Below are positions 39,345 to 52,571 of a DNA stretch of 64,000 bases, in pieces. Position numbers and translations under genes: made by a program. The notes under the pieces were generated by a model. It made no database searches and had not been told where the DNA came from. It saw only the letters and a list, made by a program, of their open reading frames with translations. Position 1 is the stretch's first letter, and every line of letters starts with the position of its first letter. This DNA comes from Negaprion brevirostris (taxonomy: Eukaryota), in NCBI GenBank assembly GCA_030324005.1, contig JARDVH010000115.1, forward strand, positions 66,771,277-66,835,276. Direction: 5' to 3'.

Positions 39345-40250
39345 CAGTGGCTCCACCTCTTTAGAGTCTGGGGCTACCTAAACTTCCACTTCACCACCTC
39401 CCCTTCCCCCCCGTCACAAAGTTCCAATACCCTGCCCTCATCACCAAATCCTCAGCCTCCTCTCTTCCCCCCTCCCCCCAACTCCAAATCCCCAGCTTTC
39501 CCCTTTTCCTTCCCCTCTTCCTGACACCAAGCCCCCAACCTNNNNNNNNNNNNNNNNNNNNNNNNNNNNNNNNNNNNNNNNNNNNNNNNNNNNNNNNNNN
39601 NNNNNNNNNNNNNNNNNNNNNNNNNNNNNNNNNNNNNNNNNNNNNNNNNNNNNNNNNNNNNNNNNNNNNNNNNNNNNNNNNNNNNNNNNNNNNNNNNNNN
39701 NNNNNNNNNNNNNNNNNNNNNNNNNNNNNNNNNNNNNNNNNNNNNNNNNNNNNNNNNNNNNNNNNNNNNNNNNNNNNNNNNNNNNNNNNNNNNNNNNNNN
39801 NNNNNNNNNNNNNNNNNNNNNNNNNNNNNNNNNNNNNNNNNNNNNNNNNNNNNNNNNNNNNNNNNNNNNNNNNNNNNNNNNNNNNNNNNNNNNNNNNNNN
39901 NNNNNNNNNNNNNNNNNNNNNNNNNNNNNNNNNNNNNNNNNNNNNNNNNNNNNNNNNNNNNNNNNNNNNNNNNNNNNNNNNNNNNNNNNNNNNNNNNNNN
40001 NNNNNNNNNNNNNNNNNNNNNNNNNNNNNNNNNNNNNNNNNNNNNNNNNNNNNNNNNNNNNNNNNNNNNNNNNNNNNNNNNNNNNNNNNNNNNNNNNNNN
40101 NNNNNNNNNNNNNNNNNNNNNNNNNNNNNNNNNNNNNNNNNNNNNNNNNNNNNNNNCAGCACTCCAAAAGCTTGGGATTCCAAATTAACCTGGTGTTGTG
40201 AGACTTCTTGCTGTGCCTATCCTAGCCCAACACCGTCATCTCTACATCTA
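39345..40250 (+). mobile_element. Penelope-like element 3' region spanning a large gap
   Basis: C-rich tract before the gap. After it, ctccaaaagcttgggattccaaattaacctggtgttgtgagactt, the same family as 51333-51436. Confidence 0.6.
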
Positions 40251-40260
40251 GGATCAGAAA

Positions 40261-40948
40261 TGATGTGGTTCGCCTCACTAACCCACTAGGGAGCTTTTAT
40301 CAAACTGTTTATCTAAGAATATAGTAAACATGTATGGGAAGATTAGCAATAACTTTTATCGATTACAAACAGAAACAAAACGACAATAACGTATAACCCT
40401 TAACAAATATATCTAAGATGTTCCAATTAAAACCAAGCTTCCTTTAAAGAAAACCCCTTTTCACAGGTTTAACACAGCAAAGACTAGTGTGTATGCAATA
40501 CTGGAACTGAGTCCTTTGGATGAATAGTGCAGTCCGCTTGAAACACTCAGTTCGATGTCAGGACAGCTTCCCAGACCAGGGAGTCGCTCTGGTCAAGCCA
40601 CCAACAGTAGATTTTCTACTCCAAAAAGGCTTTCACCTAAACAGCAGAATTTCCCAAAACTAGGAAAAGTGAACGAGAGAGAGGGAGACACTTCTTTCCA
40701 GCTTGATGTCCCTTCTTAAAAAAAACCTGCAGCTCAGAACTGAAAGTAAAAGAGCTCTTGTCATCTGACCTGCCAAATAGTTTTCTTCCTGACAATGCAG
40801 GGTCATAAAACTAATTCCCAAAGTAAAAATAAACAACCCCCATTTAAGGAGCAATAAAAGGATTCATTGTGGCACCAGGTTGTCTATGATAAGAGCTACA
40901 GAGAACGTGATTTTTAAAAAAACTCTTAAAAGGTACACTAACATCACA
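40261..40948. mobile_element. Possible solo LTR
   Basis: About 690 bp bounded by TGATG...CATCACA, resembling shark LTR repeats from memory. No clear target-site duplication. Confidence 0.35.
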
Positions 40949-42804
40949 ATTGAAAGAACAAAGACAAGCATGTTTTCACAACATTCAGTTCAGTCAGTTT
41001 GGCGGAGTTTATGGGGGCAGGGAGGGAAAGAAGAGAACAGGACAGTGAAAAAATGGAGTTTCAAAACAATCTGGTCATAAATATAGTGCTGTCATAATTG
41101 TCTCCATATCACTGACAAAGACACAAGCTGTAAGGAGATTATCAGAAAAACAATGTATTTTTGTGTCCTTTCGTTTCTGCAGGATATTACAGATGTTTCA
41201 TGTACTAGTATTTACTAAGAGGCAGTTTGACAGTCACTCAAGCTTGCACTTTTCCTCAAGCTGGAGCATACATCACATTATTTTCCCAGACTTTTTTTTA
41301 CATTGTCTTCTAACACAGCATAGCAGCAGCTGTCACACAGACGAGTAACATTAAAGTTAAGGCGGGGGCTGAAAAAGGAAGCAAGGGATGAAAACATCTG
41401 GGTGGAAACCCAAAAAAAACATTTTGATCTCGTACCCATTGCATGTGTGGGTGTTTGGATATTTGGAACGGTAGCCCTTTTAAAGCGCTTAATCAGAGCG
41501 GCATTTGTGCAGGAGTGGGGAATTGTTGAGGTCTTGGAAAGGAATGAAGGGTTTGCACTGGGTGGGAGAGGGGGATCTTGTCTGGAGATAAATTCAGCCC
41601 CAATTAGTAACAGCTGTGTGTCTAGTTTCACAATACTTTGTAGTAGTAATCAGGAACACTAGGCTAACGGAATTTATAGTTTAGTTCTCAGCTTCTACCA
41701 CCACCCCCCAACAAGTGTGTGTTTAGTTTTGCTCAAATGTAGGCCTTTTTGCATTTTTAAATCAATTGCCTTTTATAAACGGAGCCAAAAATTGTTGCCA
41801 ACATTAACACTCAAAATTATACTGGCCTTTGAAGCTTCTTTCGTCCGAGATGGAACAAAATGACAAGATAAGTTTGTACTTTGAACAAAAGACTATTGGA
41901 AATAGACCTTGTGTAGGCTAGTGTTACCAGCTGTGGTTAAAAGCATTCACGTGACTTGCCTCCTCACTCTTGCCTTTAGTCAGCAAATACATCCATCCTT
42001 GTGATGCACTGCCTTCCTACACCAATTGGAAAGCAAGACAACTCCTTATCCTATTGCATGATGCCTGACCGTTAACCAAACAGCCTTTATTCCTCCTGTT
42101 TTAACGTTTATGAGTGGAGAGAACTGTTCAAAGAAAATAAGAAAAAAACAATAATTTAATGTCCCTATGATTTTTCTCCAGGGCCTGGAGATTGATGTTC
42201 AAGTTCTAGAGACTCCAAAAAAGTCCTGGAGAGTTGACAACACTGGTGTAGGCTTTGAGAAGGTTACCCAAGGAGAAATCTCTCACAGGAAGCTAAAATT
42301 TGCTGAAAAAATGTGGAATGTTGATGGCAAAGGGCTTTTTATTAATGCAGCACTTTACAATTTTCCAATGTTTGTTTTAGGGAACTAGATTTGAGAAATT
42401 TTCTCGCTTTTATATAATGGATTGCAATAAATAACAATCACAATAGAACCTACCCATTGTAGTCTTGTCGCTTAGATAGTATCCATAGCTTTCTTGCCCA
42501 GAGATCATTTTTTTTTTACACCATAGATACTGTTTTAGATGATAAGATGCTTTGTACAATGAAAACTACGATTTTTGAAAACCATCAATACTATCAAAGC
42601 AATACAACTGATACAACTACTTGCTTACAGTCTGTTACAATTCTACAGAAAATATCTATATACATAGGTTTTCCAGCAATGTTGCCTAGCCGCAGTGATA
42701 ATGCTCTCTCCTCTGAGCCAGATGGTGTTGGGTTCAACTCCCACTGCACCCAAAAATCTCATCTGACATTCCAGCACACAGAGAATACTGCACGAGTGAA
42801 CGAG

Positions 42805-43133
42805 ATCATAGAAATCATAGAAACCCTATAGCACAGAAAGAAGCCATTTGGCCCATCAAGTCTGCTCTGACCACAATCCCACCCAGGCTCTACCCCCATA
42901 TCCACCCACTGATCCTTCTAACTTACGCATCTCAGGACACTAAGGGCAATTTTAGCATGGCCAATCAACCAAATCCAAACATTTTTGGACTGTGGGAGGA
43001 AACTGGAGCACCTGGAGTAAAACCCATGCAGACACAAGGAGAATGTGCAAATTCCAGAGACAGTGACCTGAGCCAGGAATTGAACCTAGGTCCCTGGAGC
43101 TGTGAAGGAGCAGTGCTAACCACCGTGCTACCC
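42805..43133 (-). mobile_element. Full-length HE1-type SINE with CR1 tail
   Basis: Tail atcatagaaatcatagaaacc, V-domain ctgtgggaggaaactggagcacctggag and a tRNA head. Confidence 0.93.
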
Positions 43134-43341
43134 GGATGTTATAGGGAGACTGTGTCTGCTCTCTCACGTGGAAGAGAGAGATTCCATGGCTCTGATTTAA
43201 GAAAAGCAGGGATGCCAGTGTCCTGCCCAGAACACATCCCTCAGCCAGATTATCTAGTGATCTTTACATTGCTGTTTGTGAGATGTTGCTGAGCACAAAC
43301 TGGCTACCATGTTTCAACAAGTGATTACACTTCAAAGAGTG

Positions 43342-43480
43342 CTCTGAAGAAGCTCTGACAAAGGGTTATCCAGACTCCATAGAAGGCTCTATTCTCTCTC
43401 CACAGATGCTCTCAGGCCTGCTGAGGTTTTCCAGCATTTTCTGTTTCAGATTCCAGTATCCACAATACTTTGCTTTCATC
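43342..43480 (+). mobile_element. Penelope-like terminus with a decayed hammerhead
   Basis: ctctgacaaagggttatccagactc...ctctccacagatgct...cagattccagtatcc. Confidence 0.75.
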
Positions 43481-44844
43481 AGAAAGGTGCTTTGTTGTTT
43501 ACACAGCACTTTGGGGCATTTGAGGACGTGGAAGGTGCTCTATAAAATGCAAGTTCTTTGTTTAAGACCACTTCATTAGTCAAAGGTCAGAGTATGACTG
43601 GCCCAAGTCTCAAAAGAGTTTTCAATCTTGTAGCTCAAGTAGCAGGGAGAAGTAGAAAACCGGGGAAGGAGGATGGGTTCAAATTTCATTGCACTAATTA
43701 TCCCCAAATAGTTTCAGTAATATTGAAGTAGAATTCCAAGTTTTGTTCTGCTTCAGTTTTTAGCTGTTTAATCAGTTCATTGCAATGTATGGAACACATT
43801 GATATATCTAACCACAATAATCCTGCACATTAAAAACTTACTTCTGCTCACTTCCTGCCAAGGCCACTCTGCATCCTGTTGTTGGCACTGTCAATCTTCT
43901 CCATTATAATTTCCTGGGTCTACAATTATAACAAGTTTTTCCCCCGCCTGCCTGTTAAGCGGGAAGGACATAAGATGGCTGTTTGGTGACATCTTCAAAT
44001 AGTAATTCCAAGGGGAAAAGCAGTCAAAGCTGCCTGCTGCCAACTTGTTTCATCTCTTCAGTTTCAAGCCTTTTTTTTAAAATAGTTTAATTTTAGCCCT
44101 GTTATTTTCATCATTTAATCTAGATTTTACAGCCTTCAGCTAGAGCACTTTCTTTTGAATTTGTTGCTGAAATCAGCTATTTTTCCTTATTCATTTTTAT
44201 TCAGCCCATTGCCACTATATTTTTATTCCATATCTGCACAGTCAACAGCTCTTTCAGAACTGATTATTTGAAAGCACTGCCATGGATAATATAGTAATGC
44301 ATTAGGTTGAAACTAACTCAATTTGAATTGAATTTATTTTCTAGCCCTCTGCCCTAATCAACAGACCTCTTGCCTTCCAACGTGCGCAGCTCCCCCCAGG
44401 AATGCACCCTCCCACCTGCACAGTCCTCCAGTGAGGCATCTACTCCCACGTCCGTAACCTGATATAGGAAAGTGGTAGGGCATTGTATAATGGGACAACT
44501 GTATGTCACAATGGTGACATACCATAAATGGTCACAAACATTTAACTGACAGGTCATTAATTAACATTGGAATATTTTGACCACAAACTAGATGAACAGG
44601 CTATCCCATGTTGTGCAAGGCTCCCCAACTAACCAGTTGGCCTTCAATCATTACAGTAGACTTAAATGAACTATTGGGCTGCATGGCCCCCTACTCCAAA
44701 TGGCAAAAGCCCACTCCCCCATAGCATCTCCCTCTCAATTAAGCAACAACATCATCACATGTCAATGACCTCCTCAGCTGCCGCACATTCTTCAGCATGA
44801 AGGCCAAACCACACTTTCACCCCAAGAAAGGCCCAATAAGATAC

Positions 44845-44915
44845 AATAAAGAGAAAATGGTGAAAGTACTCAGCAGGTCACCAGCAACCAAGAGAAAACG
44901 GTTAAAAGTCAACAA
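44845..44915 (-). mobile_element. Penelope-like terminus fragment
   Basis: agaaaatggtgaaagtactcagcaggtc is the reverse complement of the family motif. Confidence 0.55.
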
Positions 44916-46537
44916 TCTCACATCCAACCTAAAAAGTTATGCCTTCCTCCCCTTATTGCCGAGTAGCATGTTCAGAATCCTGACAAAAGCCCCGTCCCCA
45001 ACCTTCACAGGCTCGGCTCCCCCCCCACCAAAAATCAAAACCCTTCCCTGCCAGCCCTCATCAATAGTGTTTCTTGAATATAATGATGGAAACAAAGATG
45101 ATGGGACTGGGGGGAAAGAAAGGGGAGAATGAACATACTGAGTGGTTACAAGAAGCTATGTCATGTCAAAGATATTCAATATTCTATCATAGTATGTCAC
45201 CACACAAACCGAACAAGAGTTTCTGTTACACAGGGGATGCACTCCGTACTAAAAATCAATACATTGCGGGCACTCAGATTGTGGTTGGTTTTAAGTGGGG
45301 AATGGTATTCCACTGCGTTCTATTCTTCTATGCACTGAGCACAACTTCAATTTTAAAACAGGGCTAGGTGTTGAGAATTTCAGGTGGTATTAAAATAGAA
45401 AGCGGAGTCAATAATTCTGAGGGGATTTTGATAAAATAATGGAATGGAAAAAATAGCAGATGTAATTTGATGCGAGATTTTATATGTAGGTTAAAACAAT
45501 ACACACTTTGAATGGGGGAAACTGGGATATGAGAGCAGAGGGACTTCTGCTAAATCATTAAAAAAGGGTGCTAATACCTCCAACATTTCCTTGTTTGGTG
45601 AATGTGTGTCATGCAATCAGTACAATGCAAGTCATCATTATTTCAAATTGGGTTGGGAATAAGCAAGGTGATTTTTATAAACATTAGAAAAATGATATAT
45701 AGGAACGCTTTCAAAATATGCCACACCACTCAACCACTCTTGTAGTTCTGTAAACCAGGTTTTAAAGAGAATTAAATTATCTGCTTTCCACGGAATTTAT
45801 TATTCTGTAATAAATTTGCATCCTTACTCCCCTGGATTAATCATTATTTACATAACCTTGATTCAAAATAATGTGCAAACATATTATTCCAACATTCAAC
45901 TTGTAAATTGTGTTATATAACATTTTATCATGTTGCAAGAGACCTTGAATACAGTTCAGCAAAAAGTTAATTTTCTGACAAAATACTGGGCTGATCAGAG
46001 TCTTCAGAAGTCAACCTGCAGTTATTTAAAACCTTGCTGCTCAATCGCCATCACAAAAAAAGCAAGGCTTGCTGGCAGGTGAGAAGGATGAATTTAAGTC
46101 TTCACTTGCAAATCATCTAGTTCATAATTATGAAGCAGAGCGTGGAAGATAGCCCACGTAACTAATGAACAGGATTTGCCCTACCAGCTGTCCAGAGTCA
46201 AATAGATTCCTTTTACAGGAAGCGCTGCAAATACCACAAATAGAAAGTGGATTAAAAACATTTCCCGCAATTATGTACATGTGAATGAAACCTCTACATT
46301 GCAATCAACAAACCTGCTGTAAAATGTAGCCGGACGATGGGCTTGCTCAGTTCAGCTCAAGTACCTGTCACAAAAATGATGCATTTGTGTTTACAATGCA
46401 GCTTGATATTTATTGGTTATGTTAACTTTTGCAAGCTCGATTAAATTACAGATTCACTAATTTACATTATGAACAAGATTTTAATTCATTCACAAGAGAA
46501 TTAAGATCAAGCCCATGTTACAGAGAAAGAAATGGAG

Positions 46538-46785
46538 TTGCCTTTATGTATTACCTTTCATTATCAAAGTGCTTTTTGAAATGTGTGGACTGTTACAATG
46601 TAGGGAAACAATAGTTAATTTGCACACAAAGTTCCAGAGGAAAAAAAATGAGAGATAAATGGCTGGTGAATCTACATTGGTGCTATTACTCGATGGATTA
46701 ATGCTGGCCAGCCACCTCTTCCATCATGTAGTGCCATGAAATCTTCTGTCTACTCGAAACAGTTTTACACCTCGGCATAAAGACG
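46538..46785 (-). mobile_element. Deu-domain SINE fragment
   Basis: aatgtagggaaac...aatttgcacaca...tagtgccatgaaatctt matches the reverse complement of the Deu core and tail. Confidence 0.65.
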
Positions 46786-49700
46786 AGCACAAGATCACAT
46801 GGCAAAACTAGTGGCTAAAATGAACTGAAAACAGCTCTGTTCATTCCGTCAATGCTACAAATTTATGCACTGATTTGGGTGAGTAAGAATCTGTTTTAGG
46901 CTAATAGAGCTATTAAATATAAACACAGTCTGAAATACAGAAGCCTAAACTATGGTTTAAAATGAAACAAATTAATCCCCAGAAAAGTACAGTACCTACT
47001 ATAGAGGTTGCGTGTTAAACAGATGTTGGTTTAAGTCAGACTTCTGATTGCTTTATCTTACAGGAATGCACTTCCTGGCATTCCTTCAACATTCAGTTCA
47101 TTGATAGCATCGTCTCCCCATCTGAGTCGGGAACCAACGAAGCCCATTTCACATTCTCCTTGATGCTGCCACAGCTAGCCAAGCCCCGCCTACCTTCACG
47201 TGCTACATTTTAATTTTTTGTGCTCTAAATTTCACAGCTTCGTTGTTCTTTTGCTGGTGTGGTGTGCATACAATTGAGTTAGAATTTAAACAGTGGGAGA
47301 AATAAATTACATAAGCTACACACATCAGGATAGTTTCTACAGAACCAGCACTCGATATTGTTCAAAACAAATCCATATGATAACAATAGAGTGTGTAAGG
47401 AGCTAACTCAAAGCTCATTAACCAAACACAGATTCCTATTTCAGCAGCATCCATTCTCAGCTCTGCAAACATGAAGCTGCTCACTGATCATTTACATACT
47501 TTCACTTCATACCTTAATAGAACATCAGGATGGGATGGGGGAGGGGGTATAAGTCACTGGATATAGAGATACCCAACTACCAGATATATTTATTCTGTCT
47601 GCTAGGTAAATAGAGCAGCCCTCACATAATAGCTACACTTATCTAGTTGTAACGTAATTATATAGTAATTAAATGTAATTATATGGGCACAACCCACCAG
47701 GAAGTCAAGCCAGTTGAGGAAAAGTTAACATTTCCCCAACCACTAGGACCTTAATATCCCAAAAACGGCTCGAAATCACAAGCCTTTTTCAGCTCCAGCA
47801 TTTACCTTTTGATCATGTGAATTAAACCCGGATGAAGCTTGGAAAGTCAACCGGAGCTCACAAGAAGTCATCTCATGAAAAACCCAACACAAAAGATCCC
47901 TGGCTTTGAGCCCGTGAAGTTCATCAGTCATAAACACTTTTTGCACAATCCATGGCAGATGTAGAAAATTATAACCACTCCAGCACATGACTGCAGTCAC
48001 TTAGAGGATGCCATGGAACATACAACTCAATGCCCAATTCACAAATACAAAAGGAGGCATCACAGCAACAACACTCCACTACTCCCACGCCACTATATGG
48101 CTTAGCCCCCCGAACGTAAAATTATAGTTATTATTTTACATCCATATCAGCCATAAGAAAAAAAAGGGGGTTAAATAAAAAGCCCTCACAGGTTTCAGCC
48201 GCCTGGAGTACTGAATATTTTATCTGTATGCCAGGCTATGCATTGGTCCTTGCAAAGACTCAACTCCACATTTACCAAGGTGCATTTCCACCCTGCAATG
48301 CACTGAGAGATGCGCTAACACCCATGAATTAATACTTTATTCTATTTATAGGCTAAGCAGAAGCGTTCATTGTTTAAACTCAACAGCTGTCTTCTTCCAC
48401 CCCACCCATTGCTTGTGAAAGCTCCATGCAAAACTAGAAAATGCTCCCCTAGCAACCACACTGCCACCAATCAATGGCACACCCAAGCTAACCAATTAAA
48501 AAAGGGTGCTGCAGTCAGAGCCACAGTAACAGATTGTTTCAATGCAATTGTTCTAGCAAACGAAGAGGTGCTGCATCACTTCTTTCTGCGTAATATCCAC
48601 CTCCGATTTTTATATTCCCATTTGCTCTGAACTTTAAAATAACGACTATAGATTCTCCTAATAGAACACTGGGTAAATGCATTGTAATGCCAAGCTACAA
48701 GGTCAAAAGATACCAGGTTTCTACTCCAACAAGTTAAACCAAACCCAATATCAAAAAACAGATATTACGACGACCCTCAGAGAGTCCTATGTTAGTGGGA
48801 TGATGAGGGGTGGCAGAGGAAAAAAGAGTGAAGAAAGCAGCTACTTCTAATTTTTATTCAGGGGTCATCACTGGAAAAATTCACACATACATCCATCAGA
48901 CTCAACCTGGGCACTGTTGCTTTCTGCAGTTGAGCAGCATGGATGATCACCAACCACACTTAGAAGCAGAGAGCCAATACTGGCAAGAGGAACAATGCAT
49001 CAACAAGGATCAGCTTCTTCAGGAATTGAGGGGAGAAAACTTGAAGGGGAAAATGACAAACAAATAGATAAAGATAAATTCTCCCAAACAAAAATAAAGT
49101 CTGCCTGCTAAATAAATAGAATAACCTTCATGTTTGAATAGTATGATAACCTGCACATGTCCACCAGAAATGTAATTATATAGCACCAATGAAAGGATTA
49201 AACAAACAACTCTCATTTAGCATTACCTTTGCCTTAACTTGCTCGGGGAGATGAGAAATCTGTCCTTTCCTCCAAACTAGTTAGCATTCTCAAAATGCCA
49301 ATAAACAAGTAGTTTAAACTTTAAACCTCTGAAAATTGAATAAATGACTGATGCTAACAGCACAATATGATCATTTCAAAGCTGGAAAAAAAAGATGAGC
49401 TACCCTACAGATCCTGTAGTCACCCTTTTTGCAGCATGGTACATCGTGCAAAATATTATTCTTAGTAATGACTCAATTTTTTCTTTAAAAAAAAGAGTAC
49501 GAGAAGATCGGCTGCATTAAAACATCCATCAGCATGAAACCAGAGAAATCTGAGCAGGGATAATCCAAAAGAGGTTTTGATCTTTATATTTAAGAAATCT
49601 TAAATGAAGTTTGTGAGAAGCTAACAAAATCTTTTTAAGACCTAGAATATTCAAATAGAAGAATAAACCATCTACAGAAAATGATATTTAATTGATAGTC

Positions 49701-51332
49701 AATGTCTCATAATTAGATGGGGAAAAGGAAGCTCGCCAGTTAACCTCAAAAGTTGAAGATCAGGGCTTCACAAGTGAAGAACGTATGAACATAGGCAGCA
49801 CGATACCTATCCCAGTACTATTCACGCAAAGCAAAACTTTTAAACTGATAGATTGAGTTTGGGCATGATGATGAGACAAGGTAGAAGGAGGTCTTCCCTA
49901 TATCTGTGCTGTCCAAGTGTATCTGGCACCCTCGAACCTTCAAGTTCCGACATGGGATGCAAATGTGCCACTTGTGCCAACCCAAAACAACCCTCATTCC
50001 ATTGATCAAAATGAGGTGGAGAACTGACCTGTTTTAGCATAATCTCAGGAGGAGCACAAACTGCATTATGGTAGATGCACCTGTCAAAGAAAGAGAGCAC
50101 AATTAGAACAAAAAGGTCAAAAAATTAAATGGTCACACCACCCTTGAGGAAAAAGCAACAAAATAACATTACGCAGTTGTTTGCCAACGAAGAAAGCTCA
50201 ACAAAAATGAACTTCTGGTGTAAATCACTACATTTGTAAGAGCCAATGAGCCATATATGGGAAGAATACATTCAAAAAACAGTTCCAAATATCCATGAAT
50301 AGTTCGGAAAGTATTGAGAAAAAATAAAATAGTATTTCCATTTGGTCTTCACAAGAAAAAGTGACAGCTCTGAGGCAACTACGATAAATTGGTCATTTCC
50401 GTTTGAATTTCCTACCCAACTGCTCTCCATCTCAGAAAACCAACACTAATGAGACAATGAGCTTCAGCTTAATGGAAAACTTTCACACAAAGAGCAAGTG
50501 GCGAATGGGATGGTATCATCGGAATGTTCTGGAATTCCACAGCTATTTTTCTGACCCAGCCAGCCTTGCGAAGCTACTAACATCTTTCAATACCATATCT
50601 AATTAGGGTCACAACACTGAACTTCAAACATTTAGGGACCAGTCCACTTCAACTTTCATTACCAAAATTCAGAAATAGGTTGGTTTATTCAAACACAATT
50701 TCTGTACACATTTTAAAATTATTTTTATTCAAGCAGTCTAGCTTTAAAATTATTCTGGTCTGAGTAATGAGAGAGGAGACAGAACAATTTTTAGCCAGCA
50801 GCAGGATCCCAAGGCTGCTATTCAACCTAGGGATTCAGAAAGCAAAGCAGACGCAACTTAAAAAGATCTCCCCAAGATTCAGTGACTGCTTTATAAATCT
50901 CACTGCATTTTCACAGTTTGCACTTCTATGTGGCACAAGGCATAACAGCATTAGTCAGGTAAAAAGATAAAAGGTTCCCTGTGACCAAAGCATCATAGAT
51001 AACATCTGTAAATCAAAGAGTCAATGTATACCTTGTAGGACTATTTCAACATTCATTAATAGACAAATAGATCAGCACCCTTTACTATGTAGAACGCCCA
51101 ACCCATACCCACTGACATTGCAAGTCAAGCACATTCTGTGAACAGCTGGGATCAGAAACAGACATATGGTTCAAGGTTTAAATCTAGAATGGGTTTAGAA
51201 CATAACTTTTTAATAAAANNNNNNNNNNNNNNNNNNNNNNNNNNNNNNNNNNNNNNNNNNNNNNNNNNNNNNNNNNNNNNNNNNNNNNNNNNNNNNNNNN
51301 NNNNNNNNNNNNNNNNNNNNNNNNNNNNNNNN

Positions 51333-51436
51333 CTCTCCATTCACCTGACGAAGGGGGTAACCTCGAAAGCTAGTGAGCTTACTATCAAATAAATCGGTTG
51401 GACTTAAACCTGGTGTTGTCAGACTTTTTACTGTGT
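51333..51436 (+). mobile_element. Penelope-like terminus (second family) next to a gap
   Basis: ctgacgaagg...cgaaagctagtg...aaataaatcggttggacttaaacctggtgttgt. Homologous to 40157-40250. Confidence 0.8.
51341..51376 (+). ncRNA. Minimal type I hammerhead ribozyme
   Basis: Stem I UCAC/GUGA; core CUGACGA plus an extra A; stem II GGGG-GUAA-CCUC; GAAA; palindromic AGCU stem III; NUH triplet CUA. Confidence 0.75.
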
Positions 51437-51593
51437 TTTCCAACCACCTCCAGCCCTATGGGCCAGTGTTTCAACCCAGGCTGTTTTTGCATTTTTTCTT
51501 GAACCCTCCGTCCCACCAATTGTGACAAATGTTTTCATCCACCAAAGCCTGACATACTAACTCAAACATTGCTCCCTCAGATAACTGAAGCAG

Positions 51594-52341
51594 CAGTGGC
51601 GGATTAACTACCACTCGGGCCCCTAGGCTGAGCTTTAGTAAGGCCCCCTGCCCCAGCCTTCGTTGAATAGAATAAAGTGACATTAGTTAACTTATGTCAT
51701 TGTACTATGTATAATGTACTGCATGTATAATATTATAAAGTTATATGAATCAATTATAGCCATTTTATTCATTTATTTTTCATTTTCTTTACATTTTTAC
51801 TTTAAAAAGCTTCTGTGTTTTTTTGTTTACAAATGTTTTGACATTTTCACAGGTGGTAAATGCACTCAAAAACAGTTTTCATGATGGATTATGTAGTGAT
51901 GATAGTGGCAGTGACTTAGATGCAGAGGATTTTGATGTTGATATTGGTGAATCATGAGATGACGATCATGAATTTGATGATACGTTGATAGCACTGAAGG
52001 CAGTGGTGACCGTCATCATGCTGTGTGTGGGACCAGTACTATATAAGGGTGAATGTTGAAAAAATTACTACATATAACTAAGTAGGCACCAAAATGTGTT
52101 ATAGCATGACAATAAACTCTTTGTTGCATTTATTTTGTATTTATTTACATGTAGTACAAGTCTTGGGGGTGAAGCGCCTCTATTCATAGGTATTTGTTAT
52201 TATTAATTCATTCACAAGATATAGTTATGAAAATTTATTCACCCTTAAAAGGGTTAAACCAATTATGTTTGCTCTCGGGGCCTCCTCCTTTCCGGGCCCC
52301 TAGGCTTAAGCCTACTCAGCCTAACGGTTAACCTGACACTG
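51594..52341. mobile_element. Non-autonomous hAT-like DNA transposon
   Basis: Inverted repeats CAGTGGCGGATTAAC and CAGTGTCAGGTTAAC (12 of 15). Subterminal cgggcccctaggct near both ends. Flanks aagcag/aagcaa. Confidence 0.8.
51780..52257 (+). mobile_element. piggyBac-like fragment nested in the hAT-like element
   Basis: AGGG-TTAA right end at 52250-52257, gggtgaa/ttcaccc subterminal motifs, and a splice acceptor followed by an acidic D/E/S-rich frame. Left end not found. Confidence 0.55.
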
Positions 52342-52571
52342 AAGCAATCATGCCTCAGTGCAGCAAAACATGGACCACATTTTGGTCTGGGCTAACAAGT
52401 GGCGACCAAAGAGTGGCAGACAATGACCATTCTCCAACAAGAGAGAATCTAACCAAGTCTCCATGACATTCAAGGGCAATAGCCAATATTGAATCCCCAC
52501 ATTCAAAAACTTGGGCATTAACCGGAAAAGGAAACAACTGAAGCAGTATATTAATACCACAGCTATAGTCA

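Larger units (their letters stand above)
42682..43560 (+). mobile_element. Deu-domain SINE split by an HE1 SINE and a Penelope-like insert
   Basis: Head 42682-42804, core 43134-43341 and tail 43481-43560 join collinearly with the copy at 7795-8237. Confidence 0.8.
51560..52565 (+). mobile_element. RT-region fragment of a non-HER1 LINE interrupted by a DNA transposon
   Basis: cctcagataactgaagcag[insert]...gcagcaaaacatggaccac...tgggctaacaagtggc resembles a QQDLD.I..WA.KW motif. Confidence 0.7.

Noticed and set aside
39391-40183. 258-aa and 243-aa ORFs and a C-rich, G-quadruplex-like tract
   Set aside because: The ORFs are N-gap artefacts. The C-rich tract is explained by the Penelope-like element.
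43841-43918. Minus-strand exon-like segment TQEIIMEKIDSANNRMQSGLGR
   Set aside because: Poor pyrimidine tract, and the stronger donor places a stop in frame.
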